64,000 bases of DNA from Bacillota bacterium (GCA_023395595.1 JAEWYO010000036.1:1852-65851); one strand, 5' to 3'. Positions 19,315 to 28,603 are shown, counted from the first letter of the stretch. Program-made: numbers and translations. Notes: generated from the letters alone by a model not told the origin.

Positions 19315-19376
19315 GTTTGGGCAAAAACCGTTTCCCTGTTACCCAAACTTTGAACCATTTGGAGGTATCCTTTCCT

Positions 19377-20342
19377 ATGAAACTTAAAAAAATTGCAGCG
19401 TTCGCGCTGATTCTCATTCTTGCCCTGTCCGTTCTGTCTGCCTGCGCGCCGCAAGAAGCAGACGCAACGAAGAACGGTATTTCCATCGTTTCCACAGTGT
19501 TCCCTTCCTATGATTTTGCCCGCCAGATCACGGCGGGAACCAACGCAAACGTCTCGCTCCTGCTGCAGCCCGGCGAAGAGGTCCATTCCTTTGACCCGAC
19601 CAGTCAGGACATCATCCGCGTACAGAGCGCCGATCTCTTCCTCTATGTTGGCGGAGAAAACGACACCTGGGTGGAGGGCGTTCTCGGCGGACTTGATAAG
19701 AGCGTGAACACGTTCCGTATGATGGACTATGTCACGCTCTACGATGAAGAACTCGTCGAGGGTATGCAACCGGAGGCGGAAGACCCCGCAGCGACTGCAA
19801 CTGCCGACGCGCACGAATGGGACGAACACGTCTGGACCGCGCCGGTGAACGCGATTGCCATCGTCAAGGCGATGACCGCGGAGCTCACCGCAATCGATCC
19901 CGACAACGCAGCGGCGTATCAGGCCAATTCGGACGCATATATCAAGCAACTTGAGGCGCTGGATAAGTCCTTCCGGGACGTGGTGGACAGCGCAAGCCGC
20001 AAGACGGTCGTGTTTGCAGATCGATTCCCCGTGCGCTATTTCGTCGAAGAATTCGGGCTAAAATACTATGCGGCGTTCCCCGGCTGTTCCGCCGAGACAG
20101 AGCCTTCCGCCGCGACGGTCGCCTCGCTGATTGACCACGTCAAGGCGGAGAAAATCCCCGTCGTATTCTATATCGAGATGTCCAACCAACAGATGGCAAA
20201 CACTGTTGCGGAAGCGACAGGCGCGCAGCCCATGCTCTTCCACACCTGCCACAACGTGACAAAGGCGGAGTTTGAGAGCGGAGCCACCTATCTTTCACTG
20301 ATGCAAAACAACGTCCTCGCGCTCATCGCAGCGCTGAACTAA
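19377..20342 (+). CDS. Metal (zinc) ABC transporter substrate-binding lipoprotein, ZnuA/AdcA-like
   Basis: GGAGG lies upstream. Signal peptide with lipobox (LSVLSAC). An acidic/His loop is present (ADAHEWDEHVWT). The ORF-track N-terminal extension from 18954 overlaps the previous gene. Confidence 0.85.
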   Translation: MKLKKIAAFALILILALSVLSACAPQEADATKNGISIVSTVFPSYDFARQITAGTNANVSLLLQPGEEVHSFDPTSQDIIRVQSADLFLYVGGENDTWVEGVLGGLDKSVNTFRMMDYVTLYDEELVEGMQPEAEDPAATATADAHEWDEHVWTAPVNAIAIVKAMTAELTAIDPDNAAAYQANSDAYIKQLEALDKSFRDVVDSASRKTVVFADRFPVRYFVEEFGLKYYAAFPGCSAETEPSAATVASLIDHVKAEKIPVVFYIEMSNQQMANTVAEATGAQPMLFHTCHNVTKAEFESGATYLSLMQNNVLALIAALN

Positions 20343-20421
20343 AACAAGCAATCTGCTCCGCCTCCGTTTGCCGGAAACGCGAATGGAGGCGAAGGCACCC
20401 AACGGGAGGCAGTATCGCCAA

Positions 20422-21129
20422 ATGTCATTGATTCAGGTTACAAACGCCGCGTTTCGATACGACGGCAAAGAGGTGGTCAGCGGGCTGAATTTCAGCGTAA
20501 ATGACTGCGACTATCTCTGCATCGTCGGCGAAAACGGCTCCGGTAAGAGCACGCTCGTCAAGGGTTTGCTCGGTTTAAAAACGCCGCACAGCGGAACCAT
20601 CACACTCGGCGAAGGCCTCACCGCGCGCCAGATCGGCTACCTGCCGCAGCAGAAGGAGAGCCAGCGCGACTTTCCCGCCAGCGTGCAGGAGGTCGTGCTC
20701 TCCGGCACACTCAATTCGCTCGGGTTTCGCCCGTTTTACACACGCACGCAGAAAAAGAATGCCTTGTTGCAGTTGGAGCGCGTAGGCCTGCTGCCGCAAA
20801 AGAACGCGGCGTATAGCGAGCTCTCCGGCGGGCAGCAGCAGCGCGTGCTGCTTGCGCGCGCGCTCGCCGCCACGCAAAAATTACTGATTCTTGACGAACC
20901 CATCGCGAGCCTCGACCCCGTTGCGGCAGCCGAGATGTATCGTCTGATCGAGGAGATCAACCGCAACCACGGCGTGACCGTCGTCATGGTGTCGCATGAC
21001 CCGCACGCGGCGGCGCACGAGGCGAGCAGCGTGCTGCATCTAGACAACCGGCAACTTTTCTACGGTTCTTCGGCGGACTATCGCAAAAGCGACATTGGAA
21101 AACGGTTTTTAGGCGGTGAAGGCAGATGA
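20422..21129 (+). CDS. Metal ABC transporter ATP-binding protein (ZnuC-like)
   Basis: Walker A GENGSGKST, signature LSGGQQQR and Walker B LLILDEP. GGGAGG lies upstream of ATG 20422. Confidence 0.85.
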   Translation: MSLIQVTNAAFRYDGKEVVSGLNFSVNDCDYLCIVGENGSGKSTLVKGLLGLKTPHSGTITLGEGLTARQIGYLPQQKESQRDFPASVQEVVLSGTLNSLGFRPFYTRTQKKNALLQLERVGLLPQKNAAYSELSGGQQQRVLLARALAATQKLLILDEPIASLDPVAAAEMYRLIEEINRNHGVTVVMVSHDPHAAAHEASSVLHLDNRQLFYGSSADYRKSDIGKRFLGGEGR

Positions 21130-21956
21130 TCGATGTGATTCGCGAAATGCTATCCTATCCGTTTCTGGTGCGCGCGCTCACGGTCGGGCTGCTGGTTGCG
21201 CTCTGCGCGTCGCTGCTGGGTGTGAGCCTCGTGCTCAAGCGCTTTTCGATGATTGGCGACGGGCTTTCGCACGTTGGCTTCGGCGCGCTCGCCATCGCGT
21301 CTGTCGCGGGAATTGCGCCGCTGTATCTTGCAATCCCGGTCTGCATTGCAGCGTCTTTTTTGCTGCTTCGCATGAGCGAGAGCACGCGCATCAAGGGTGA
21401 CGCTGCCATCGCAATGCTTTCCGCCGGCGCGCTCGCCATCGGCGTGATGGTTGTCTCCATGACCACGGGCATGAATACCGACGTGTATAACTACATGTTC
21501 GGCAGCATCCTCTCGCTCTCCTCTGCGGATGCAACGCTTTCCATCGTGCTCAGCGGCGTGGTGCTGGTGCTGTTTGTGCTGTTTTATCCGCGCCTCTTTG
21601 CGGTCACGTTTGACGAATCCTTCTCCCGCGCAACGGGCATCCCCACCCGCGCGTACAACGCGGCTCTCGCGACATTGGCCTCCATCACGGTCGTGCTCGG
21701 CATGCGGATGATGGGCGCGCTGCTGATCTCCAGTCTGATCATTTTCCCCGTGCTGACGGCGATGCGCATCGGCAAACGGTACCTCACCGTGACGCTGCTC
21801 TCCGCCGGGGTTGCGATTGCGGGCTTCCTTCTTGGCATGCTGGTGAGCTATGTTTACGAAGCGCCAAGCGGCGCCAGCATCGTCTGCGTCAATATCGTCC
21901 TGTTCGTCTTGTTCGCGATTGCGGGCGCAATTAAGAACGCGATCACAAAAAAGTAA
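21126..21956 (+). CDS. Metal ABC transporter permease (ZnuB-like)
   Basis: The start overlaps the stop of the ATPase gene. The polytopic product resembles the ABC-3 family. Confidence 0.85.
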   Translation: MIDVIREMLSYPFLVRALTVGLLVALCASLLGVSLVLKRFSMIGDGLSHVGFGALAIASVAGIAPLYLAIPVCIAASFLLLRMSESTRIKGDAAIAMLSAGALAIGVMVVSMTTGMNTDVYNYMFGSILSLSSADATLSIVLSGVVLVLFVLFYPRLFAVTFDESFSRATGIPTRAYNAALATLASITVVLGMRMMGALLISSLIIFPVLTAMRIGKRYLTVTLLSAGVAIAGFLLGMLVSYVYEAPSGASIVCVNIVLFVLFAIAGAIKNAITKK

Positions 21957-21975
21957 ACCTTCCGGTTACACAAAA

Positions 21976-22008
21976 GCACGCAGGCTGATTTGCCCGCGTG
22001 CTTTTTTT
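21976..22008. terminator. Rho-independent terminator (A-tract / hairpin / T-tract, potentially bidirectional)
   Basis: AAAAGCACGCAGGC-tgattt-GCCCGCGTGCTTTTTTT. Confidence 0.65.
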
Positions 22009-22021
22009 GTGTTTTGTAATT

Positions 22022-22166
22022 ACAGCCGCTTTGCAACCAGCCCGTGTCGGTTCTGATTTACAGCCGCTTTGCAACAAGCCCGTGCCGGTTCTGATTTACA
22101 GCCGCTTTGCAACCAGCCCGTGTCGGTTCTGATTTATAGCCGCTTTGCAACCAGCCCGTGCCGGTT
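22022..22166. repeat. 38-bp tandem repeat: three full copies plus the 31-nt prototype that forms the 3' end of the adjacent gene
   Basis: Units start at 22022, 22060, 22098 and 22136 (acagccgctttgcaaccagcccgtgtcggttctgattt). The last unit contains the stop codon and last 10 codons of the 22134-22718 gene. Confidence 0.9.
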
Positions 22167-22718
22167 GCAGTAGGCATAGAGCATGCCCCGCCCGCGCACG
22201 GGAAAGCGCGCGGAGGCGTCCTGCTCCGGATAGAGTTTGATCATCTGCATGCGATCCGCTAGCACCAGCGCAAAAAACGAGATGAAGTGTGTTTTCTCCA
22301 TCGGATGCTGCATGCTCACGAACAAGTCGCCTTCTATGGTCTGCGTCGTGATTGTGTGCTCGTCCTCGTCCTTCTCCGCCTCCAGCGGCGGGAGTTGCAC
22401 ACCGCAGCAGCTAAACGCGCCTTCGCCCGCCGAAAAGATCACATTTCCGCAGACCGGGCAAACATAAAACTTACTGCGGAGCATGTTCCCGTGGCGGTTG
22501 GTATTCTGTACGCATTCGCCGGAGAACAGCTCCGCCAGCGACACGCCAAGCGTCTTTGCCAACGGCTCGATGAGGCTGATGTCCGGCAATCCCCTGCCGG
22601 ATTCCCATTTGGAGACGGCCTTGTCGCTGACCATCAACTTTTCCGCAAGCTGCTTTTGCGTATATCCTTTTTTCTCACGCAGGAGCTTGATCGTGCTCCC
22701 CGTAACATAATTGTTCAT
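22134..22718 (-). CDS. XRE-family HTH regulator fused to a desulfoferrodoxin-like (desulforedoxin + neelaredoxin) module
   Basis: GGAGA lies 7 nt upstream of ATG 22718. HTH region LREKKGYTQKQLAEKLMVSDKAVSKWE. Desulforedoxin-type Cys pattern YVCPVCGNV...FSCCG. SOR-like ligand motifs HPMEKTHFISF and YCNRHGL. Confidence 0.75.
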   Translation of the reverse strand: MNNYVTGSTIKLLREKKGYTQKQLAEKLMVSDKAVSKWESGRGLPDISLIEPLAKTLGVSLAELFSGECVQNTNRHGNMLRSKFYVCPVCGNVIFSAGEGAFSCCGVQLPPLEAEKDEDEHTITTQTIEGDLFVSMQHPMEKTHFISFFALVLADRMQMIKLYPEQDASARFPVRGRGMLYAYCNRHGLVAKRL

Positions 22719-22852
22719 TTGGTTTTCTCCATTCGGTTCGGTTGCCATCGGTTCCTACCGGAACCACGCTCAGGTTGAGTTAAGCATAGCACCCAAAGGA
22801 TCAACGGACAACCTACGAAACGTGGAGATCGGAGTTATTTATATTTCGAGTA

Positions 22853-24445
22853 TCACAGCCCCAGCGCATCGGCAATCGCTTCCAGAATGCCTTCGCTGCT
22901 GTGGGTCGCACCCGAGACGGTGTCCACATTGACGCCTTGCGCGGTGATCACGCGGTCAATCATCTTCCCCTCCGCGCGGCTGAAATACTTCTTCGTGTCG
23001 CGATAATGGTCGATGTTGATATTTGTGATATATCCGTTCACGACGGTCACGGTCACGTCGATATCGCCTTTGTGCCCTCTGCCTGTGCCGGAATATTCCC
23101 CGTCCGCAAGCGAGATCGGCCCGAGCTGGATCGTTGGCGTTGGCGAAGGCGAGGGCGTCGGCGTCGCAACGGGGCTTGGCGTCGGCGTAAGCTGCGGCAT
23201 CGGCGTTTCGCCGGATGAATCCACCGCAAAGGAGACAGGCTCGCTCTGCTGCTGTGTCTGCTCCTGCGGCACGCCCTCCAGGGCGTTTTTCACCGCGTCG
23301 ATGATGCCAAAGCTACTGAACGTCGCGCCCGAAACCGTGTCCACCTCCGCGCTCTGCGCGGCGATGATCGCGGGGATCACCTGCGCCTTTGCCTGATTGA
23401 AAAACAGTGTGTCGTCGCCGGTTTCCTCCACGTGGATGTCCACGATGGAACCGTTTGTAACCACCACAGAAACGCTGGTCGTGCCGTGAAATCCATCCCC
23501 ACTGCCGGAATACGTTCCGTCGGTATAGCTGCCGGCATATGCGCCCTGCTTGGTGCTCAGGCTTGCGGCAACCGCGGCGATCTGCCGCTCGGTCGCCTGA
23601 TTGGAGGCGATGTTTCCCTCAAAATACATACCTGTGAGCCCAATCACCGCAACCGCCGTCGCGAGGGCGGGCTTCGGGTTCGCGCGGACATTGTCGCGCG
23701 GGCAGATCTCCACGCAGCTCATGCAGTCGATACACTCCGCGCTCTTGACCACGTTTGTGCGGTAGAGCGGAATCCCCATCGTGCAGTGCTTGGTGCAAGC
23801 GCGGCAGGGGCCGCATTTCGCACGCGGTTTTCGAATTTTGAACAGCCGCGTCTTGGAAACAATTGCAAACACCGCGCCAAGCGGGCAAAGATAGCGGCAA
23901 AAGAACCGCTCGATATACAACGAACCCGCGATGATGACAAGCAGCAGAGCCATGCCGACGGAGAAAATCGTGTCCATATCCGTCCAACCGTCAAGTTTTG
24001 TGAGCATGCCAAACACCGTCCAGGGGTTGCCTGTTCCGTCCAAAACGGAGATGCCGAGCGTCCAGATGACCAAAACGATGAACGCCAGCAGCACGTATTT
24101 CAGCTTCTTGAGCAAACGATCAAACTTTGAACCGATCTTCGGGCGCTTGAGCTTGAGCTTTGACCCCAGATACCAGAAGAAATCCCCCATCGTGCCAAAC
24201 GCGCACAAAAACCCGCAGAAGAATCGCCCCATGATCGCCGTGATGACCAGCAGGCTCACGGTGAGCACGAGCTGTCCCGTGAGCGCTGCGCCGTTGAACG
24301 AGCCGCTGATAAGCGCCACATAGATCGATTTGATTGCTGCAAATGAATACAAAAACAGCCCCGGAAAGAGGATCAACGAGGCTATTTGAATGATGCGCCG
24401 CGTCAGCGTCAGCGCGGTGATCTTATGAAACAGTTTTTTCTTCAT
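22853..24445 (-). CDS. Membrane polyferredoxin (NapH/MauN-like 4Fe-4S protein) with two C-terminal FMN-binding domains
   Basis: TM helices carry the CGFLCAFG and CRYLCPLG motifs. Fe-S motifs CGPCRACTKHC and CIDCMSCVEICP are present. There are two FMN_bind-type flavinylation motifs (VDTVSGATFSS, VDTVSGATHSS) separated by a PT-rich linker. Confidence 0.8.
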   Translation of the reverse strand: MKKKLFHKITALTLTRRIIQIASLILFPGLFLYSFAAIKSIYVALISGSFNGAALTGQLVLTVSLLVITAIMGRFFCGFLCAFGTMGDFFWYLGSKLKLKRPKIGSKFDRLLKKLKYVLLAFIVLVIWTLGISVLDGTGNPWTVFGMLTKLDGWTDMDTIFSVGMALLLVIIAGSLYIERFFCRYLCPLGAVFAIVSKTRLFKIRKPRAKCGPCRACTKHCTMGIPLYRTNVVKSAECIDCMSCVEICPRDNVRANPKPALATAVAVIGLTGMYFEGNIASNQATERQIAAVAASLSTKQGAYAGSYTDGTYSGSGDGFHGTTSVSVVVTNGSIVDIHVEETGDDTLFFNQAKAQVIPAIIAAQSAEVDTVSGATFSSFGIIDAVKNALEGVPQEQTQQQSEPVSFAVDSSGETPMPQLTPTPSPVATPTPSPSPTPTIQLGPISLADGEYSGTGRGHKGDIDVTVTVVNGYITNINIDHYRDTKKYFSRAEGKMIDRVITAQGVNVDTVSGATHSSEGILEAIADALGL

Positions 24446-24525
24446 CTATCTCTCTCTTGTATATCGTTTCGCCGCGTGCCGGACATTGCCAGCGCATCAA
24501 TGGAACGCATGATTCATTTTCTTGA

Positions 24526-25497
24526 TTATAATAACTCAAAATTGCCGCGCAAGCCGTCGGTGCAAAAAACATCCAGCGCATCCGTCACAAACACCGCCTG
24601 ATAGCCCGCCTGTTGAATCAGCGGCAGCCCTTTTTCCGCACCGAGCACGAAAACCGCCGTGGACAGTGCGTCCAGCGCAAGAGCGCTGCTGCCAATGAGC
24701 GTCACATTCCGCAAGCCCGATCGGGACGGATAGCCTGTGCGCGGGTCCAGAATATGGTGATAGCGCGTGCCATCCACCTCATAGTATCGCTCGTAGTCGC
24801 CTGAGGTCACCGCGCACGCATCCGTGAGCAGCACGCGACCCATCGGGATGCCCGTCATACGGTCAGGATGCTGGATACCGACGTGCTTGCCTTCGCCGAT
24901 GACGCTCACGGTGCCGCCGAGGTTGACCAGCGCGCTCGTGATGCCGCCTTCGGTCAGAATCCGCCGCACCTCGTCCGCCGCATAGCCTTTCGCGATGGCA
25001 CCAAGATCAAGACTTTGTCCGAAACGCCGAAGCTCCGCCGTCTGTGCCTCGTCATCGAGCAGAATGTCTTCGTCGTTGACCAGCAGCAGCGCGTGCTCCA
25101 CCTCCGCGCGGGAAGGGACCGTTCCGCAGCGGGCATGGATTTCCCAAAGAGCACTGAGCGCGCGGGTGGTAATCGAAAACGCGTTTTCGCTCAGTGCGTT
25201 ATAGCGTTTGCTCTCGCTGAGCAAAAAGAAGGCATCCTTGCCGAGCGGCACACTGCTGCATCCGGCAGACGCATTCAGCAGCGAAAGCTCGCTCTCCGGC
25301 TGAAACACGGAAAGGCAGTCGTGTAGAAACAGCACCCGCTCTTTTGCGCGCATCAGCGCTTCCCCCGCCGCAACCCGCTCTGCATAGGCATAGACCGAAA
25401 TATGGTTCGTCGTGCCGAGCGCGGTGAATGCCGTCTCGATTGAAATCTCGTCCGGCGCGGCAGTATTTTGTCGTTTTTGTTCCGTCGTATTCTGCAT
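24526..25497 (-). CDS. apbE: FAD:protein FMN transferase (ApbE family), no recognisable signal peptide
   Basis: ApbE-like motifs are present (LGTTNHISVY, LDLGAIAKGYAADE, TSGDYERY). The N-terminus MQNTTEQKRQNTAAPDE is hydrophilic. Confidence 0.8.
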   Translation of the reverse strand: MQNTTEQKRQNTAAPDEISIETAFTALGTTNHISVYAYAERVAAGEALMRAKERVLFLHDCLSVFQPESELSLLNASAGCSSVPLGKDAFFLLSESKRYNALSENAFSITTRALSALWEIHARCGTVPSRAEVEHALLLVNDEDILLDDEAQTAELRRFGQSLDLGAIAKGYAADEVRRILTEGGITSALVNLGGTVSVIGEGKHVGIQHPDRMTGIPMGRVLLTDACAVTSGDYERYYEVDGTRYHHILDPRTGYPSRSGLRNVTLIGSSALALDALSTAVFVLGAEKGLPLIQQAGYQAVFVTDALDVFCTDGLRGNFELL

Positions 25498-25823
25498 AGA
25501 ACCAGTTTAACGTTTTTTAATTGACAAACAAGCACAAAACGGTGTCAATTTGTGGCAAAATGAGAACATGGCGTAACAAGAATATACATATTTTGAAATA
25601 GAATAAATATTTGTAAAATTTTCTTGATCTATTGCAGTTTTCGACTTTCTTCGGAAACATTCTCGATTGTCTCTCCAGCCTCTTTCTCGCGTGAAATATG
25701 CAAGAATATTGCATATTGTTCTTGTCATGGTGTAATTTTGATCTTGTCATAGGGTGGAATCTATGCGATAATTTGTTTTTCGGTGTGTTCCACAACTACT
25801 GCACGGAAAGGCGGCGCGGCAGC

Positions 25824-26663
25824 ATGCGGATCGTTCAGGCCGCACAACTCATCGAACCCATACGCAGGCTCTGCCTGCGTGCCTGCTGCAACCTGCCAAC
25901 AGATGCGGTCTTTGCTCTGTCCTCCGCCCGCAAACGGGAAGAGACGGGCAGCGCCGCGCGAAACGTGCTTGATCAACTGCTCGAAAACCAGCAGCTTGCC
26001 CGCGAAAAAAATCGCCCGATCTGTCAGGATACCGGCATGGCGGTCGTCTTTGCCGACATCGGGCAGGACGCATTCATTCAAGGCGATCTTTCCGCTGCCG
26101 TCAACGAAGGCGTGCGGCTTGCCTATACCGAAGGCTATTTGCGCAAATCCGTTCTCGACCCCCTCACGCGCACCAACACCGGGGACAACACCCCCGCCGT
26201 TCTGCATGTGCGCTTCGTTCCCGGGGAAACCATCACGCTCACCGTCGCGCCGAAGGGATTCGGCAGCGAAAACATGAGTCGGCTTTTCATGCTTCCGCCA
26301 TCCGCAGGAATTGAAGGAATTCTCACCCACATTCTGACCACGGTTCAGGATGCGGGTGCTTCTGCTTGCCCGCCCGTCGTGGTTGGCGTTGGCATCGGCG
26401 GCACGATGGAATCCTGCGCGCTGCTGGCAAAGCGACAACTGCTGCGTCCGCTGGGCGAACGGGCAGAGCGTGAAGATGTAGCGCAGATCGAGCAGGAGGC
26501 GCTCCAACGCATCAACCAAAGCGGCATCGGCCCGATGGGACTCGGCGGCAACACAACCGCGCTTGCCGTACATGCGGCGGTTCAGCCGACCCACATCGCC
26601 GGGCTTCCGCTGGCGGTCAACATCCAGTGCCATGCGTGCCGCCACGCAAGCTGTGAGGTGTAA
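25824..26663 (+). CDS. Fe-S hydro-lyase alpha subunit (class I fumarate hydratase / L-tartrate dehydratase alpha)
   Basis: The ICQDTGMAVVF motif is typical of the FumA/TtdA N-terminal domain. The ORF-track start 25698 lies in an AT-rich leader. Confidence 0.85.
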   Translation: MRIVQAAQLIEPIRRLCLRACCNLPTDAVFALSSARKREETGSAARNVLDQLLENQQLAREKNRPICQDTGMAVVFADIGQDAFIQGDLSAAVNEGVRLAYTEGYLRKSVLDPLTRTNTGDNTPAVLHVRFVPGETITLTVAPKGFGSENMSRLFMLPPSAGIEGILTHILTTVQDAGASACPPVVVGVGIGGTMESCALLAKRQLLRPLGERAEREDVAQIEQEALQRINQSGIGPMGLGGNTTALAVHAAVQPTHIAGLPLAVNIQCHACRHASCEV

Positions 26664-26667
26664 GCCG

Positions 26668-27204
26668 ATGGAGTATCGCATGAACGCACCTCTCGGGCAG
26701 GCAGATTTAGCCGTTTTGCACGCCGGAGACGTGGTATACTTAACCGGTAGAATCTATACCGCCCGCGACGCGGCACACGCACGGTTTGCCCAATTGCTCA
26801 AAAGCGGCGAACCCCTGCCCGTGCCAAAGGGTGCGTGCATCTATTATTGTGGGCCATGTCCGGCCGCGCCCGGCGAGGTCATCGGCCCGTGCGGACCGAC
26901 CACCAGCAAACGCATGGATGCCTATACCCCGGCGCTGATCGACTACGGCATCGCACAATTCATCGGCAAAGGCGCGAGAAATGCCGCCGTCAACGCCGCG
27001 ATGCTGGGTCGCGCGGTACACTTCGCCGCGACAGGGGGAGCTGGCATGCTCTATGCCTCGCGCATCACGGACTGCGAACTCGTCGCGTTCGGCGATCTGG
27101 GCGCGGAGGCGGTCTATCGCCTGGAGGTGGTCGATTTCCCCGTGGTCGTAACGTATGATCTAATGGGAAACGACGCGTATGCACGGGCGATGCAGAATTC
27201 GTAA
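26668..27204 (+). CDS. Fe-S hydro-lyase beta subunit (class I fumarate hydratase / tartrate dehydratase beta)
   Basis: GAGGTG RBS. The sequences LTGRIYTARDAAHARF, CGPTTSKRMD and IGKGARN are typical of the beta subunit. It follows the alpha subunit by 4 nt. Confidence 0.85.
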   Translation: MEYRMNAPLGQADLAVLHAGDVVYLTGRIYTARDAAHARFAQLLKSGEPLPVPKGACIYYCGPCPAAPGEVIGPCGPTTSKRMDAYTPALIDYGIAQFIGKGARNAAVNAAMLGRAVHFAATGGAGMLYASRITDCELVAFGDLGAEAVYRLEVVDFPVVVTYDLMGNDAYARAMQNS

Positions 27205-27334
27205 ATTTTGTAATTCCGTATGCTTACGGAGTTGCTGTTATAGGTTCAATTTGGAAGTTAGTTAGAACGCAGTGAAGCAAGAAATTGTATCGCTGCTAGC
27301 ATAAAGGGTTTCAATTTGGAAAGGAGCGGAAGAA

Positions 27335-28603
27335 ATGAACTGTGCAATCGTAGGAATCAACTGGGGTGACGAAGGAAAAGGCCGCATGGTAGACCTCATC
27401 GCCGCGGATTATGACGTGGTCGTGCGCTATCAGGGCGGCAACAACGCGGGACACACCGTGGTCAACGAATATGGTAAATTTGCGCTGCACCTCTTGCCCA
27501 GCGGCATTTTCCGCAACGGCGTGGTCAACGTCCTCGGCAACGGCGCGGTCATCGACCCGGAGAAGCTGCTCGAAGAGATGGATGAGCTGCGCAGCAAGGG
27601 CATTTCCATCACGCCCGAAAACCTGAAAGTCAGCGACCGCGCGCCGATCGTGTTCCCCTACCATCGCGATCAGGACGCACTGGAAGAAGCGCGCCTCGCG
27701 GATGCAAAATACGGCTCCACCAAGCGCGGTATCGCTCCTGTTTACGGCGACAAATACCTCAAGAAGACCATCATGCTCGGCGAGCTGTTTTATCCGGAAT
27801 ACCTGAAGAAGCGCCTTGAAGGCATCCTCGAATGGAAGAATCTCACGCTCAAAAACGTCTACGGCGGCAAGACCTATTCGCTCGACGAAATCTGGGAGTG
27901 GTTGATGACCTATGGCGAGCGGCTCAAACCGTTTATCTGCGACACGGGCGCATATCTGAGAAGCGTAGACGGCAAGAAGAACATTCTCTTCGAGGCACAG
28001 CTTGGCGTGCTTCGAGACATCGACTTCGGCATCTTCCCCTATACCTCCAGCTCCGCGCCGCTGGCCGCCTATGCGCCGATTGGCGCGGGCATGCCGGGCA
28101 CAAAGATCGACAGCGTCGTCGGCGTGGTGAAGGCATACTCCACCTGCGTGGGCGAAGGCCCGTTCACGGCGGAATGGTTCGGCGAAGAAGCATCCCGCCT
28201 GCGTGAAGCGGGCGCGGAATACGGCGCGGCAACCGGTCGTCCCCGCCGCGTGGGTCCAATCGACATCGTCGCGACCCGCTACGGCGTCGCCATGCAGGGC
28301 GCAACCGAAGTCGCGCTGACCAAGATCGACATCCTTTCTTATATGGATCAGATTCCGGTCTGCGTGCAGTATGAGCTAAACGGCGTGAAGACGGACGACT
28401 TCCCCTTCCCCGCCGCGATTGCCGAAGCAAAGCCCGTGATCGAATACATGCCCGGCTGGAAGTGCGATGTTTCCAAGTGCCGCACATTTGAAGAACTGCC
28501 CAAGACCGCGCAGGACTATATCAACTTCATCGAAAAGAACATCGGCTGCCCGATTACGAACATCTCCGTCGGCGCCGCGCGCGACGAGATCATCCGGAGG
28601 TAA
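27335..28603 (+). CDS. purA: Adenylosuccinate synthase
   Basis: GDEGKGRMVD and QGGNNAGHT motifs, with full-length similarity to PurA. Confidence 0.95.
   Translation: MNCAIVGINWGDEGKGRMVDLIAADYDVVVRYQGGNNAGHTVVNEYGKFALHLLPSGIFRNGVVNVLGNGAVIDPEKLLEEMDELRSKGISITPENLKVSDRAPIVFPYHRDQDALEEARLADAKYGSTKRGIAPVYGDKYLKKTIMLGELFYPEYLKKRLEGILEWKNLTLKNVYGGKTYSLDEIWEWLMTYGERLKPFICDTGAYLRSVDGKKNILFEAQLGVLRDIDFGIFPYTSSSAPLAAYAPIGAGMPGTKIDSVVGVVKAYSTCVGEGPFTAEWFGEEASRLREAGAEYGAATGRPRRVGPIDIVATRYGVAMQGATEVALTKIDILSYMDQIPVCVQYELNGVKTDDFPFPAAIAEAKPVIEYMPGWKCDVSKCRTFEELPKTAQDYINFIEKNIGCPITNISVGAARDEIIRR

Noticed and set aside
18954-19376. N-terminal extension of the ZnuA-like ORF (ORF-track start 18954).
   Set aside because: The extension overlaps the zur 3' end and the small Cys-rich ORF in another frame, and it encodes Cys/Arg-rich sequence. 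The internal ATG 19377 has a GGAGG site and begins a classical lipoprotein signal peptide.
22022-22166. The 38-bp array (and the 43-bp array at 58021-58192) considered as CRISPR arrays.
   Set aside because: The units are contiguous with no unique spacers, only 3-4 copies are present, no cas genes are in the window, and each array is a reiteration of an adjacent gene end.
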